Shown: positions 1-13,102, counted from the stretch's first letter. The stretch is 64,000 nucleotides of DNA from Mobula hypostoma (GCF_963921235.1 NC_086108.1:56980001-57044000); one strand, 5' to 3'. Notes: generated by a model not told the origin, from the sequence alone. Program-made: numbers and translations.

Positions 1-342
1 TTTACAGAAAAGTTGAGCACTTCCGCCTCTAAAGTGAGACGTTTAATATACCTTCAGGCAAAGTTACATGTCTGCGAGTGTGGGGTTGTCAGGATCATCA
101 ACATCTTCATTTTGAAAACGAATGAAGCAGCAGGAACTGGTGCTGAAACTGGTTGGTGGCAGCACATCTGGGTGAGCAGAAGCTGATGGCACTGGATTTT
201 CAAGTGTTAGCTCCCCTGTTGCACTTTTTCTAGCAATTTTTGAACATATCTTCCAATGTAAGCTGTTTTGTATATTTTGGTCTCTCTCTGATTAGCTTAT
301 CCTGCAGCATATAAACACTCATTATTTCTTGCTCAGTTATAA

Positions 343-656
343 TGTTCACTACATAATGTACTGGTTGGGCACAGGAGTACATTCAGCCAGAGACTCATTC
401 CACCGAGATGCAACACTGAGCGTCATAGGAAGTCATTCCTGCCTGTGGCCATCAAACTTCACAACTCCTCCCTTGGAGGGTTAGACACCCTGAGCCAATA
501 GGCTGGTCCTGGACTTATTTCCTGGCATAATTTACATATTATTATTTAATTATTTATGGTTTTATATTGCTATATTTATACTCTATTCTTGGTTGGTGCA
601 ACTGTAATGAAACCCAATTTCCCTCGGGATCAATAAAGTATGACTATGACTATGAC
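343..656 (+). mobile_element. 3' end of a Rex1/Babar-like non-LTR retrotransposon inserted into the Tigger
   Basis: Encodes FSQRLIPPRCNTERHRKSFLPVAIKL; ends in AATAAA + (TATGAC)n; TATAA duplicated at 338-342 and 657-661. Confidence 0.7.
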
Positions 657-3600
657 TATAAAACTTCATTACTCTAATCCTTTCAGCAATTCACCTGTCA
701 ATTTAATTAGCCTGTCAATCGAAAGTCTCTCTGCTACAACTTCCTCATCTTCATCACTGCTTTCTCCTCCAATATCTTCCTTCTCTGGATGTACAACCAT
801 CTGCACAATTTCCAACTCAGTATAATGATGAACAGTAGGCTCATTCTCATCTATATTCATCCATTCTTCAACATTGTCACCATTGAACCTTGATGCAAGA
901 TCCTTGGCAGCAGGATTAGTTAGCTCTTGAGCAAAAGAAAGCAGTTCACGTATAATCTGTTTTTCCTTGGAACCTCTAAAGCCTGTAAAGTCATTTCCAG
1001 TGTCTTCACCAGGCAGACTCAAACAATAAACCTGGCCATAATCTATGCCAACCATTCTTCAGTGTGGATGGCTCTACAGACCTCCAAGTATTAGCAGCAA
1101 AGTAAATCATCTCTTTCATATTAAAATCCTTTATAAATTCCTTTACCGGTCTGCCAGTATTAACTGCACTCAAAAGGTGCCTCATAAACAGGGAACAATA
1201 CTTCGACTTGTGAGAATGTAATATGCCATTGTCCAGGGGTTGAATTAATGACATACAGTTAGATGGCAGGAAGATACCAAAAACATTTTTTTTACCCGGA
1301 GTTCTGCTTTCGGGTGTGCTGAACAGTTGTCAAAAACAAGCATTATCTTACAGTTGTGATGCAGGCCAACAGAGTCACAGTGAGCTCGTGCTTCGAGAAC
1401 GAAATAATTTTCAAACCATTCTAGTGTGGTGCTGGTTGTAATCCGTCCGTTTTTGTTAGCACGGTAAATTACAGGAAACTGCGTCATACCTTTGAAGGCC
1501 CTGGGACGTAAACTTTTGCCAATGACCAGTAACTTACATCTGTAGGTTCCTGGAGTATTAGAGCAGCCTAGCAAAGTCACACGATCTCTCGATGCCTTAT
1601 ACTCTGTTGGTGTTTCTGCATCTGCTGTTGTTAGTGTTCTTCTTGGTGTACATCTCCAATGCAAAGCAGTCTCATTAGCATTGTACACCTGCTCGGGGCT
1701 TAATTTTTCATCGGAGACTAATTTGGCGAACTGGTCAACAAACTCTGCTGCTGTTTCCCTGTCAGCTGAACGTTTTTCACCACACGGTACACCAAACTGT
1801 AAGCCATGAAGCTGCTTGAACCGATGAAGCCAGCCTTCACTATAGTCACACTCATAATCTAGTCCTAGTTCTTCATGAAACACTTTTGCTTGTCCTTCAC
1901 CATATCTCCAGATAGTTCAACACCTTCACTTACAGGAAGATTAAACCACGTTGTCAGCACTTTATATAGTTCCGAACTTCTTCCTTCTTTCATTGTTTTT
2001 CTTACGCACATCTGTTTCTTTGAGTCGCTATCAGCAAAAAAAATGTAGCAGTTTTTCTTTCTGTTTCTTTATATCATACACTGTGGAAGAGCCAATGTTG
2101 TAACACTTGCACAAGCTTCTCACCGATACACCACTGTCCAATTTTTTCAAGAGTTCAACCTTATCTTTAATGGATAATGTGCAGTGTTTTCACTTCTCAG
2201 CATGAGGTGCATTTCCTTTACTCACTGGGGCCATAATTGGGGCCAAAATAGAGCAAAATAACCATATAACAATTACAGCACGGAAACAGGCCATCTTGGC
2301 CCTTCTAGTCTGTGCCGAATGCTTACTCTCACTTAGTCCCACCAACCTGCACTCAGCCCATAACCCTCCATTCCTTTCCTGTCCATATAGCTATCCAATT
2401 TAACTTTAAATGACAACATCGAACCTGCCTCAACCACTTCTGCTGGAAGCTCGTTCCACACAGCTACCACTCTCTGAGTAAAGAAGTTCCCCCTCATGTA
2501 ACCCCAAAACTTTTGCCCCCTAACTCTCAACTCATGTCCTCTTGTTTGAATCTCCCCTACTCTCAATGGAAACTCTGTCTATCCCCCTCATAATTTTAAA
2601 ATACCTCTATTAAGTCCTCCCTCAACCTTCTACGCTCCAAAGAATAAAGACCTAACTTTTTCAACCTTTCCCTGTAACTTAGGAGATGAAACCCAGGCAA
2701 CATTTTAGTAAATCTCCTCTGTACTCTTTCAATTTTATTGACATCTTTCCTATAATTCAGTGACCAGAACTGTACACAATACTCCAAATTTGGTCTTACC
2801 AATGCCTTGTACAATTTCAACATTACATCCCAACTCCTATACTCAATGCTCTGATTTATAAAGGCCAGCATACCAAAAGCTTTCTTCACCACCCTATCCA
2901 CATGAGTTTCCACCATCAGAGAACTATGCACCATTATTCCTCGATCCCTCTGTTCTACTGCATTATTCAATGCCCTACCATTTACCATGTATGTCCTATT
3001 TTGATTAGTCCTACCAAAATGTAGCACCTCACATTTATCAGCATTAAATTCCATCTGCCATCTTTCAGCCCACTCTTCTAACTGGCCTAAATCTTTCTGC
3101 AAGCTTTGAAAACCTACTTCATTATCCACAACGCCATCTATCTTAGTATCATTTGCATACTTACTAATCCAATTTACCACCCCGTCATCCAGATCATTAA
3201 TGTATATGACAAACAACACTGGACCCAGTACAGATCCCTGAGGCACACCACTAGTCACCGGCCTCTAATCTGACAAACAGTTATGCACCTCTACTCTCTG
3301 GCGTCTCCCATCCAGCCACTGCTGAATCTATTTTACTACTTCAATATTAATAGCTAATGATTGAACCATCCTAACTAACCTTCTGTGTGGAACTTTGTCA
3401 AAGGCCTTACTGAAGTCCATATAGACAACATCCACTGCTTTACCCTCGTCAACTTTCCTAGTGACCTCTTCAAAAAATTCAATAAGATTTGTCAAACATG
3501 ACCTTCCACACATAAATCCATGTTGACTGTTCCTAATCAGACCCTGTCTATCCAGATGATTATATATACCATCTCTAAGAATACTTTCCTGTCATGGTCC

Positions 3601-4074
3601 GGTCCGTGAAGTCTGTATTCTGGTTCACGGTCTGGTCCATCGACCCTTGCTCCAGGTTTTCCTGTCTACCCTGTTTCTGTTCTTGTTGAGCTCTAATTGA
3701 GGCAGCTGATTCCTGTTGGGGCTGGCTGCATAAATACCTCAGAGACCAGGGCGTGGCTGCTGGATTGTTCTTGTCCTATTCCATGTATCCCTTCCCCTGC
3801 CTTCTGTTTCCTGGCCTGAAGCTCTGCCTTGTCTTGCCGGTAACTCTCGCCTCACCTGAAGCTCTTGTTTCGCCTTGCAATGCCTGAAGCCCTGCCTTGT
3901 CTTGCTGGTAACTCTCGCCTCACCCGAAATTTTGTCTCGCCTTGCATTGCCTGAAGCCTTGCCTTGCCTGAAGCCTTGCCTTGTCTTGCTGGTAACTCTC
4001 ACCTCGTCTCACCTGCAGTCTTATCCTGGAGCCACCCTGTACCTAGCTCCCTTCCTGTCCCTTGCCTCTGCCCA

Positions 4075-4277
4075 GGTAAGTCAGGCCGTCCTGCCGTTAC
4101 CTGCAGTTGGTTCTGTCCCTTCCTGTCCTTTGCCTGCGTCGGGTAAGTCAGGCCGTCTTGCCATTACCTGCGGTTGGTTCTGTCCCTTCCTGTCCCTTTC
4201 CTCCGTTGGGTAAGCCAGGCCATATTGCCGTTACCTGCGGTTGGTTCTGTCCCTTCCTGTCCCTTGCCTCCGTCGGG
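4075..4277 (+). repeat. Tandem repeat, 3 x 67 bp
   Basis: GGTAAG(T/C)CAGGCC...TTGGTTCTGTCCCTTCCTGTCC units start at 4075, 4142 and 4209. Confidence 0.9.
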
Positions 4278-4328
4278 TGGAGATCCGCGCCCTGCCCAGG
4301 TGTTCCGCGCCCTGCCCAGGAAGAGCCT

Positions 4329-4715
4329 GCCTAGCCGTAAGCCTGAAGACTCCAGCCTCCTGCCTAGCCGTAAGCCTGAAGACTCCAGCCTCCTGCCTCC
4401 TGCCTAGCCTCAAGCCTGAAGACTCCAGCCTCCTGCCTAGCCGTAAGCCTGAAGACTCCAGCCTCCTGCCTCCTGCCTAGCCTCAAGCCTGAAGACTCCA
4501 GCCTCCTGCCTAGCCTCAAGCCTGAAGACTCCAGCCTCCTGCCTCCAGCCAAGCCTCGCCTCAAGTCTCTAGCCTCAAGCCTGAAGACCCCAGCCTCCTT
4601 CTTCCTGCCAAGCCTCGTCTCTAGCCTCTAGCCTCAAGCCTGAAGACCCCAGCCTCCTGCCAAGCCTCGTCTCTAGCCTCTAGCCTCAAGCCTGAAGACT
4701 CCAGCCTCGTCCTGC
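4329..4715 (+). repeat. Tandem array of 9 AAGCCTGAAGAC-cored units
   Basis: Cores at 4339, 4372, 4412, 4445, 4485, 4518, 4577, 4636 and 4688; spacings 33, 40, 33, 40, 33, 59, 59, 52. Confidence 0.9.
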
Positions 4716-6861
4716 CTGCCTGCCAAGCCTTGTCCTTGCCTAGTTCTGGGGTCTGAGCAAGAGGCAAGACCCAGGTACTGGGTCTTTGTTCAGTCTCTGG
4801 CTTGGAGTCCAAGCCTGGGCTCCTAGCTCTCTTGTCCAGTCCTGCTCCAGGTTCTTGGTTTTCCTGTCCATGTCCTTGCCCTCACCCTGTATCCTAGTCC
4901 TGTCCCTAGTACTTCAGTGTCTGTGTCTTGCACTTGGGTCTGTTCCCAGTCACCGCCTTATGACACTTTCTATCAGTTTACCCACCACTGATGTCAAACT
5001 CACAGGCCGATAATTGTTAGGTTTACTCTTAGAACCCTTTTTAAACAATTGAACAACATGAGCAATATGCCAATCCTCCGGCACCATCCCCATTTCTAAT
5101 GACATTTGAAATATTTCTGTCAGGGCCCCTGCTATTTCTACGCTAATTTCCCTCAAGGTCCTAGGGAATATCCTGTCAGGACCCGGAGACTTATCCACTT
5201 TTATATTCCTTAAAAGCGCCAGTACTTCCTCTTCTTTAATCATCATAGTTTCCATAACTTCCCTACCTGTTTCCCTTACCTTACAGAATTCAATATCCTT
5301 CTCCTTAGTGAATACCGAAGAAAAGAAAGTGTTCAAAATCTGATTCCCTCAGTGACCAATTTTATCCCTCACCATCCTTTTGCTATTAATATAACTGTAG
5401 AAGCCCTTTGGATTTATTTTCACCTTACTTACCAAAGCAACCTTGTATCTTTTAGCTTTTTTAATTTCTTTTTTAAGATTCTTTTTACATTCTTTATATT
5501 CGTCAAGCACCTCATTTACTCCATGCTGCCTATATTTATTGTAGATTATCTCTCTTTTTCCGAACCAAGTTTCCAATATCCCTTGAAAACCATGGCTCTC
5601 TCAAACTTTTAACCTTTCCCTTCAACCTAACAGGAACATAAAGATTCTGTACCCTCAAAATTTCACCTTTAAATGACCTCCATTTCTCTATTACATCCTT
5701 TCCATAAAACAATTTGTCCCAATCCACTCCTTCTAAATCCTTTCGCATCTCCTCAAAGTTAGCCTTCCTCCAATCAAAAATCTCCACCCTGGGTCTAGAC
5801 CTATCCTTCTCCATAATTATATTGAAAGTAATAGCATTGTGATCACTGGACCCGAAGTGCTCCCCAACACAAAACTCCATCACCTGACCTATCTCATTCC
5901 CTAACAGGAGAGCCAACACTGCCCCTTCTCTAGTTGCTACCTCTATGTATTGCTGCAAAAAACTATCCTGCACACATTTTACAAACTCCAACCTCCAAAT
6001 GATATTAATGAATGCAGGAAAACAAGCAGGAATCGCCTGTCTGTGCTTACAAGAGCGGGCCAACACGTGAACAGATCTAGTGCAACCAGAACAATGTGCA
6101 GCCAATTGGTACAGTGGCCCAGGAAATTTGAAATTACAGTTGCGCGGAAAATTTGAAATCAGTGCCGGATTATCGAAGGTGCCGGGTTACAGGTAGTCAG
6201 ATTAGTGAAGGTTGACCTGTACTTGTAGCCAGAGAGAGAGAACACGGAGCAGGAAGGACAGAAATAACCAGGTGTCCGTCTGCAGGAAACTGCATTCTTA
6301 TGAACTTTCATGACGGCAGCCTTGGCTCAGTCACATGAAAATTACTACTCACAGAAGAGTTTAAGAGAAGTGAGAATATGGAGAAAAGGAAATGAATAAG
6401 CATATATTAGAAAATACACTATTTTTAATTAATATTCCAGTGCACCCACTGTTATGTACTAAAATGATGCCAACACAAGGGTGTTAAAAACAACAGAACA
6501 GATTTTTCATGCTTTCTTGGGCAGAAAGATACGCCTTGGTCTACCTTTATCAAGGTTAAGCCTGGTCATAGTCCGCACATTGATCAGCTGGGGCAGGCTG
6601 GAAGTGCTTGGGGCAAGTTTGCGTAGGTGGAATGTCATAGAGTAGCTGGGCTGAGGGAGAGGCACTGGTACATGCTTGGAGCATGGTCAGTCAACATTAC
6701 AAACAGAGCTTCATGCATTATATTTCTAAGGTGGTATTGAATAACCAACACATTTTAATTAGGCAGGATATTAAAGACATTAACATATAGTGAGAAATAC
6801 AATTGCAGATGTATAGTAGTGAAGCAAAGGAGACTGAAGAGTTTGTGACATTTTCTTATTG

Positions 6862-7425
6862 ATTCCCATCACTGTCTGTAAGGAGCTTCTACGTTCTCCT
6901 GTAACTGTGCGTGATTCCTCCTGGTGCTCCAGTTTCCTCCCACGTTACAATTTACAAAGACGTATGGTTAGGATTTGTTCATTTGTTATGCGCCGTGTCA
7001 TATGACCATGACGATGTTTGTTCTTGGCAAATTTGTCCACATAAGTGGTTTGCTATTGCATTCTTCCGGGACTGTCTTTACAAGACGTGTGTTCCCAGCC
7101 ATTATCAATGATCTTCAGAGACTGTCTGCCTGGTGTCAGTGACAGCATATCCAGAAAGTGATTTGTACAAATTACTCATATGACTATCCACCCAGTTGGT
7201 CCCATGGATTCACGCGACACTGATTGGAGGTATAGACAGGTGCTACAATATGCTCAAGGCTTACTAGCAGGCTGGCAGAGAGAAGGAGCGCCTTACACCT
7301 TATTTGGTAGAGACATATCCCCACCCTGACATCCACTGGTTAGGATTAAGGTTGATAAATTGTAGGCAAGCAATGTTGGTGCAGGAAGTGAGGTGACAAT
7401 GGCAGGCTGCCATCAACACAATCCA
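6862..7425 (+). mobile_element. V-SINE (HE1-like), split by an insertion at 6976-7336
   Basis: V-domain-like core ...ctgtaaggagctt.tacgttctcc...cctggtgctccagtttcctcccac...aaagacgt; element resumes after the insert. Confidence 0.65.
6976..7336 (-). mobile_element. RTE-tailed non-autonomous retroelement/SINE
   Basis: Perfect 11-bp TSD TGGTTAGGATT (6965-6975 and 7337-7347); minus strand carries gaagaatgcaatagcaaaccactt...tttgccaagaa and gacacggcgcataa, similar to RTE/BovB-type 3' ends. Confidence 0.65.
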
Positions 7426-7430
7426 TGCTG

Positions 7431-9075
7431 ATATAGAGTCATAGAGTCATAGAAAACTACAGCACCGAAACAGGCCCTTCAGCCCATCTAATCTGTGCCT
7501 AGTCCCATCAACCTGCACTGGACCATAGCCATCCATACCCTTTCCATCCATGTACCCATCCAAACTGCTCTTAAACCATGAAATTGAAATCACGTCCACC
7601 ATTTCAGCTGGCAGCTTATTCTACACTCTCACCATTCTCTGAGTGAAGAAGTTTCCCCTCATGTTCCCTTTAAACATTTCACTTTTCTGCCTTAACTCAT
7701 GACCTCTATTTGTAGTCTCACCAAACCTTAGTGGGAAAAGCCTGCTGACATTTACCTTATCTCCACCTCTCATAATTTTGTATACCTCTATCAAATCTCC
7801 CCCCAATCTTCTACATTCAAGGGAATAATCTTCTAACCTATTCAATCTTTCTTTATAACTCAGGTCCTCCAGTCCCAGCAACATCCTTGTAAATTTTCTC
7901 TGTACTCTTTCAATCTTATTTGCATCTTTTCTGACCAAAACTGCACACAATACTCCAAATTAGGCCTCACTAACATCTACACAACTTCAACATAATATCC
8001 CATCTCCTGTACTCAATTCTTTGATTTATGAAGGCCAATGTGCCAGAAGCTGTTTTTACGACCCTATCTAATGGTGATGTCACTTTCAATGAATTATGCA
8101 ACTGTATTCCCTGATTCCTTTGTTCTACCACATTCTTCAGTGTCCTACTGCTCACTGTGTAAGACCTACCCTGGTTGGTCCTACCAAAGTGCAACACCTC
8201 ACACTTGTCCGCATTAAATTCCATCTGGCATTTTTCAGCTCATTTTCCTGCTGGTCCAGATCCCGCTGCAAGCTTTGGTAGCCTTTCTTACTGTCCACTC
8301 CACCCCCAATTTTGGTGTCATCTGCAAATTTGCTGATCCAGTTAACCACATTATCATCCAGATTTACCACTCTCTGGTTTCTCCTGTAAATCCAATGTCT
8401 AATCCAATTTACTTCCATTTCTTGAATGCCAAGTGACAGAATCTTCTTGACCAACCTCCAATGCAGGACCTTGCCAAATACCTTACTGACATCTGTGTAG
8501 ACAGCATCCACTAGCCTTGGCTTCATTGACTTTCCTGGTAACTTGCTTGAAAAACTCTGTAAGATTGGTTAGACACGACCTACCACACACACGCAAAGCC
8601 ATGCTGACTATCCCTAATCAGTCCCTGTCTATCCAAATACTCATATATCCAGTCCATTAGAATATCTTCCAATAATTTTCCCACAACTAATGGCTCACCA
8701 GCCTATAATGCCCTGGTTTATTCCTAGACAGTAGAACAACATTAGTTATCCTCGAATCCTCTGGTACCTCACCTGCTCTAAGGATAATTTAAATATCTCT
8801 GCTTGGGCCTTTGCAATTTCTGCACTTCCCTCTCACCAGGTCCAACAGAACACCTTGGGCACTGGGGATTTGTCCACCCTAATTTGCTTCAAGTCAGCAA
8901 ACATCTCCACCTCTGTAATCTGTATAGGGTCCATGACCTCGTACTGATTTCCCTCACTTCTATAGACTCTGTGTCCATCTCCTGAGTAAATGCAGATGCA
9001 AAAAATCCATTTAAGATCTCCCCTGTATATTTTGACTCCACATAGATTACCATTCTGATCTTCCAGAGACCAATT
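7431..9075 (-). mobile_element. Decayed CR1 LINE fragment
   Basis: ORFs 7621..7950, 7970..8224 and 8152..8526 (KFADDTKIGG); (ATAGAGTC)n tail at about 7432-7453. Confidence 0.88.
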
Positions 9076-9525
9076 TTGTGTGCATCTACTCGAAGCGTTA
9101 TCACAGGAAAGCAGCATGTTTCACCCAGAACATGCTTTCTTCTCGCTGCTGCCATCAGGAAGAAGGTAGAGAACTCATATCACCAATTTCAGTTATTGCC
9201 CCGCAACCATCAGGCTCTTTAACCAAAGGGGATAAATTCACTCAACTTCACTTGCTGCACCATTGAAATGTTCCCACAACCTGTGGACTCACTTTCAAGG
9301 ACTCTTCATCTCACGTTCACTATATTGTAATAATTTATCATCACTATTTCTTTTTGTATTTTCATGGTTTGTTGTCTTTTACTGAACTCTTAGTTTGGGG
9401 CAGTCTTCCATTGATTCTGTTATGGTCATTATTGTATAATGGATTTATTGAGTATTCTCAAAAGAAAATGAATCTCAGGGCTGTATATGGTACATATGTA
9501 CTTCGATAATAAATTTACTTTGGAA
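9076..9525 (+). mobile_element. 3' end of a Rex1/Babar-like LINE
   Basis: ttctcgctgctgccatcaggaagaaggta (FSLLPSGRR); 3'UTR homologous to 13103-13500 on the opposite strand. Confidence 0.7.
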
Positions 9526-9549
9526 CAGTACAGCACAGGAGAACAGTGA

Positions 9550-11280
9550 AATCTACTTTGAACTTTGAATTCCCAAGCCTCACCAAGCCCACTTTTTCCA
9601 GTGCCGTCACAAAGCATGGGGTTGAGCATCACAGTCTCACAACTGGCTCGCTGGTCCATGCCCTTGTGCATAGGCAGGACTCAGAAAAGCTGAACAATGC
9701 AAAGGTTGAGTCTGATAACATGGAAATGCTTGGCACTGTACACAGGCCAATTAGCCCTTGGCTCTCACCCCTCCATGTGGTCCCTAAACCCGATGTGGTT
9801 GCCATCCATGTAGCGATTACCGCCACGACAAAGACATCACCACCCTCAATCATTTACCTGATCTCCTATATTCAGGACTTTTTGGCACTTTTAGCCAGAA
9901 AGGTATTTTTTTCTAAAGTGGACTTAGTCAGGGGCTACCATCTGTGCACACTGAAGATGTTCCCAAAACTGCTGTTATAACCCTGTCTGGCCTACTTAAG
10001 TTTCAGCACAATCGATTTGGGCTAAAATATACAGCACAGACTTTCCGGTGACTAATGCACTCTGTGTGAAAAGACTTGGATTTTCTTTTTGTTAACCTGG
10101 ACAACATAATTGTCGCAGCGCATCCAAAACTGAACACATCATATCTCTGCTCATTTTTGAACACTTGAGCCAATATAAGCTAATTATTAACCCTGATAAA
10201 TGCCATTTTGGGTTGTCTACTATTGACTTCCTTGGCCACTGCATCTCCATAGGAGATGCAACACCCCTGTCATCAAAAGTTGTTGCTATCATGGACTTTC
10301 CATTGCCCCGCACTACCAAAGCACTGCAGGAGTTTTTAGGTATGATGAATTTCTGTCACTAGTTTCGTTCCACAAGCTCCTGAACTTATGCCCTCCTTCT
10401 GTAGTGCTCTTAAAAGCAGTTACCCTGATCACATGCGTGAGTGGTCAGCGGACATGACCAGAGCATTTCATGACCCCAAACAAGTTCTTCCGAACGCGAT
10501 CCTACTGGGGCACCCGCTCCCCAGGGCACCAAAGCCATCACTACTGACACCTCAGACAATAGTGTCTGTGGGTGCTGTGCTGTGATCGAAGGTGTGTCAC
10601 AGCCACTCACCTTCTTCAGCCGGCAGCCCCACACCCACCCCCACCCGGAGAGGTAATACACCACATTCGACTACAGTTTCTTGGTCTCATCTGGCCATCT
10701 GCCATTTTTGGTTTCTAATGGAGGGTTGGCATTTCATAGTGTTTGGTGATCTCATGCAAGCAATGGCTAAAATGTCAGACTCTTGGTTTGCACAGCAGCA
10801 ACACCACCTGGCCTACATTTCGGGATTCACGACTGACATACAGCATATCAAAGGGAAAAATAACTCTGTGGCTGATTGTCTCTGCCCACCATCGATGCCC
10901 CAACACTTTGGGGTTGACTATGCTGATATGGCAGCTGACCAAACAGGACAGCAGCCACGGGCCTGCGGTTGGCTGACCTCAAGTTCAGGGATGCAAGTGT
11001 TTCCCTCCTGTGTGATGTCTCAAGTGGTCGCCCTTGTCCCATAGTGTCTGCCAAGTAGAGGCATATTGTTTTGAACTCCATTCACAGCCGCTGGAATCCG
11101 GGCAGGAAGGATTGCTTTAAAGTCCGTGTGGCATGGCCTTGGGAAGGATGTGCGAGACTGAAGTGCAAGCTGTGTTGTGTGTCAGCGGACGAAAATTATC
11201 CATCACGTTTGGCACCACTGGCACCTTTCAAGACTCACAATGCCTGTTTTGGTGAAATCTGGGTGTGAGGGGATGGGAAC
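9550..11280 (+). mobile_element. Degenerate Ty3/Gypsy pol fragment (RT, RNase H, start of integrase)
   Basis: SPWLSPLHVVPK, FSKVDLVRGYH, INPDKCHFG..IDFLGH, LQEFLGMMNF and DIQHIKGKNNSVADCL motifs across frameshifts. Confidence 0.85.
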
Positions 11281-11495
11281 TGTGGAGGGTAAAGTAGTGG
11301 GCGACAGATGACACATATTGTTCATAATTCACAAACACCATCGAGCTGTTGTGTTGACTTTAAGAGATGGTGTCTGACGTAATGACGCCAATGTAAGGTG
11401 ATTGTCTTTGGTTTGTTCATAATGGAAGTAAGTAGCTGCGGCATTTGTTAAACACATAAAATGACTCTTGCATAGTTAATTCACAAAATCCTACA
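11281..11495 (+). mobile_element. Possible 3' LTR of the Gypsy element
   Basis: Purine-rich tract (gaggggatgggaa) immediately before TG at 11281; ends in CTACA at 11495. No 5' LTR available to confirm. Confidence 0.35.
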
Positions 11496-12532
11496 AGAGT
11501 ATGTGTGAAATTTGTTGCTTAGCAGTAAAATTACTATGAGTACAATAAGAACTATATAATAAAGTAAATAATTAGTGCAAAAAGAGAGCAAATAGTGAGG
11601 TAGTGTACGTGGGCTCATGGACCATTCAGAAATTTGATGGGAGAGGGGAAGAAACTGTTCCTAAAAAGTTGAGTGTGCATCTTCTTGATGACATCATGTA
11701 ACATTAACCAGAGATTTTCTCATCAAGTTTCAGTTCCAAAGCAGATCTCATCGTATTATTGTTCATGCTTGAAGATGAGTTCCAATAAGCAATGAATACA
11801 CTGCCTTGATCTCAAGGGAGTGCTTGATCAACCATGGCCAAAGAAACTTTGCATATCAGGTCATTAGGTTCAGGGGAAAAACCCACAACGACAGGAGTCA
11901 TATCTGACCCAAGGGAAGATGGTTATGATTGGCAGAGGGCAGTCACTCAGCTGTGGCTATAGGATTTTCTCAGGGAAGACATCTACATTAATGCTTCCTC
12001 TGCAGTGGGTGCTTCGAAGAATTATATTGCATTTAGTTACAACTGTAACTCTTTCGATACTGAAGCATCCAAAGATATCCAACGGCACTACTCAAATCTG
12101 ATTTATATTTGAATGAAAAATAGAATATTTACACATAATAGACACCTTGAAGAAATCACATCTTCAATCTGAGAGCACAGCCCCAGGTTGATTGAGGAAA
12201 AGGCTATTTGAGGATAAAGACTTCAGATCTGCCCTGCTCTGCTATCTGTATCTGAGACTTGGAGCCCTACAGCTGGTATATCTAGGCTTTGCAACTTTGC
12301 TACCAATGGTGCCTCCACGAACTCCTCCAAATTCACTGGAAGGACTAGTGAACTAATGTTATTGCCCTCTTGCGGGCTAATATGTTCAGTACTGGGAGCT
12401 GACATATACTCAGGTAGCTAAGCTCTGCAGGGCACGTTGCTTGCATACTTGATTCCCAAAACCGACAGCACATTGTCTACAAGCTGCCAACGGAAGAGAT
12501 CAAGGGAGGAAAAGATTCAAGCGATGAGAACT

Positions 12533-12647
12533 TCTGCAGATCCTGGAAATCTTGTGCAACGCATATAAAATGCTGGAGGAACTCAGCAGATCAGGCAGGA
12601 TCTATGTAGAGAAATAAACAGTCAATGTTTTGGGACAATACCCTTGG
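12533..12647 (-). mobile_element. Penelope-like terminal repeat fragment
   Basis: Reverse complement of the cctgctgagttcctccagcatttt tail, which is also seen at 24400-24425. Confidence 0.7.
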
Positions 12648-13102
12648 AAGAGAATCAATGATGTGCCTCTTTATAAAAAAATAAAACATCCCCATTGTCT
12701 CCTAGCATTACCGGCCCATAATGCTCAAAGTGGAGAGGGAGCATTCAGGACAGTATTGTGAATGACAATACTGAGAGCACACAGAAACCCTGCATTAGAG
12801 GTGGAAGAAATAACTCAGACTAATACTTGCCGGATCTGACGGCAACACATGTGCCATTAGTAGAAGAATTTGTGCTTCCCAATTTGACTTCATTAACCAT
12901 GTCTGATGCACAAAACCAGAATGGAATTAGGTCATCCTCAATGCTGAGGGACATATAACATTTCAAACAGCATCAACTCCAAAGTCTAGACCCTGAGCTA
13001 AGTGCAATCATTTAATACCAATCAAAGCAGCAAAGGAAGTCTGTCCAACAAAAAAATATAGCTCACTTTGTCATATGCCATGTTACCAGCATGAGTACCT
13101 GA

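Larger units (their letters stand above)
3590..4965 (+). mobile_element. Solo LTR (~1376 bp) with internal tandem arrays
   Basis: TGTCAT...ATGACA termini; flanks CTTTCC (3584-3589) and CTTTCT (4966-4971) form a near-perfect 6-bp TSD; TATA-like CATAAATA near 3729; interrupts the CR1 RT cleanly. Confidence 0.8.
2262..5990 (-). mobile_element. CR1/HER1-type LINE, 5'-truncated, inserted in the Tigger and interrupted by a solo LTR
   Basis: ORF fragments 5536..6105 (APE end, GSSDHNAI), 4950..5336 (KSPGPD, NYRPVSLTS), 3328..3513 (DFSKAFDKV), 2596..3258 (GVPQGSVLGP) and 2333..2566 (FFTQRVV..WN). Confidence 0.92.
1..6219 (-). mobile_element. Tigger/pogo-family DNA transposon, decayed and split by nested insertions (own sequence about 1-342, 657-2261, 5991-6219)
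   Basis: Transposase remnant from ATG 2234 to stop near 64: CENP-B-type HTH (LSIKDKVELLKKLDSG..IGSSTVYDIKK) and DDE_1 motifs YNANETAL / FDNCSAHP / QPLDNGI, with stops and frameshifts. 5' end CAGGTCAACCTTCACTAATC flanked by TA at 6220-6221. Confidence 0.85.

Noticed and set aside
64..2234. Domesticated TIGD/Jerky-like gene
   Set aside because: Multiple stops and frameshifts, a mutated catalytic Asp, TE insertions, and a retained TIR indicate a dead transposon.
4075..4715. CRISPR-like regularly spaced repeats
   Set aside because: The sequences between repeats are themselves near-identical rather than unique spacers; there are no cas genes; the context is a eukaryotic LTR.
3739..5013. Many overlapping ORFs on both strands
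   Set aside because: Artefacts of stop-poor tandem repeats; no recognisable domain.
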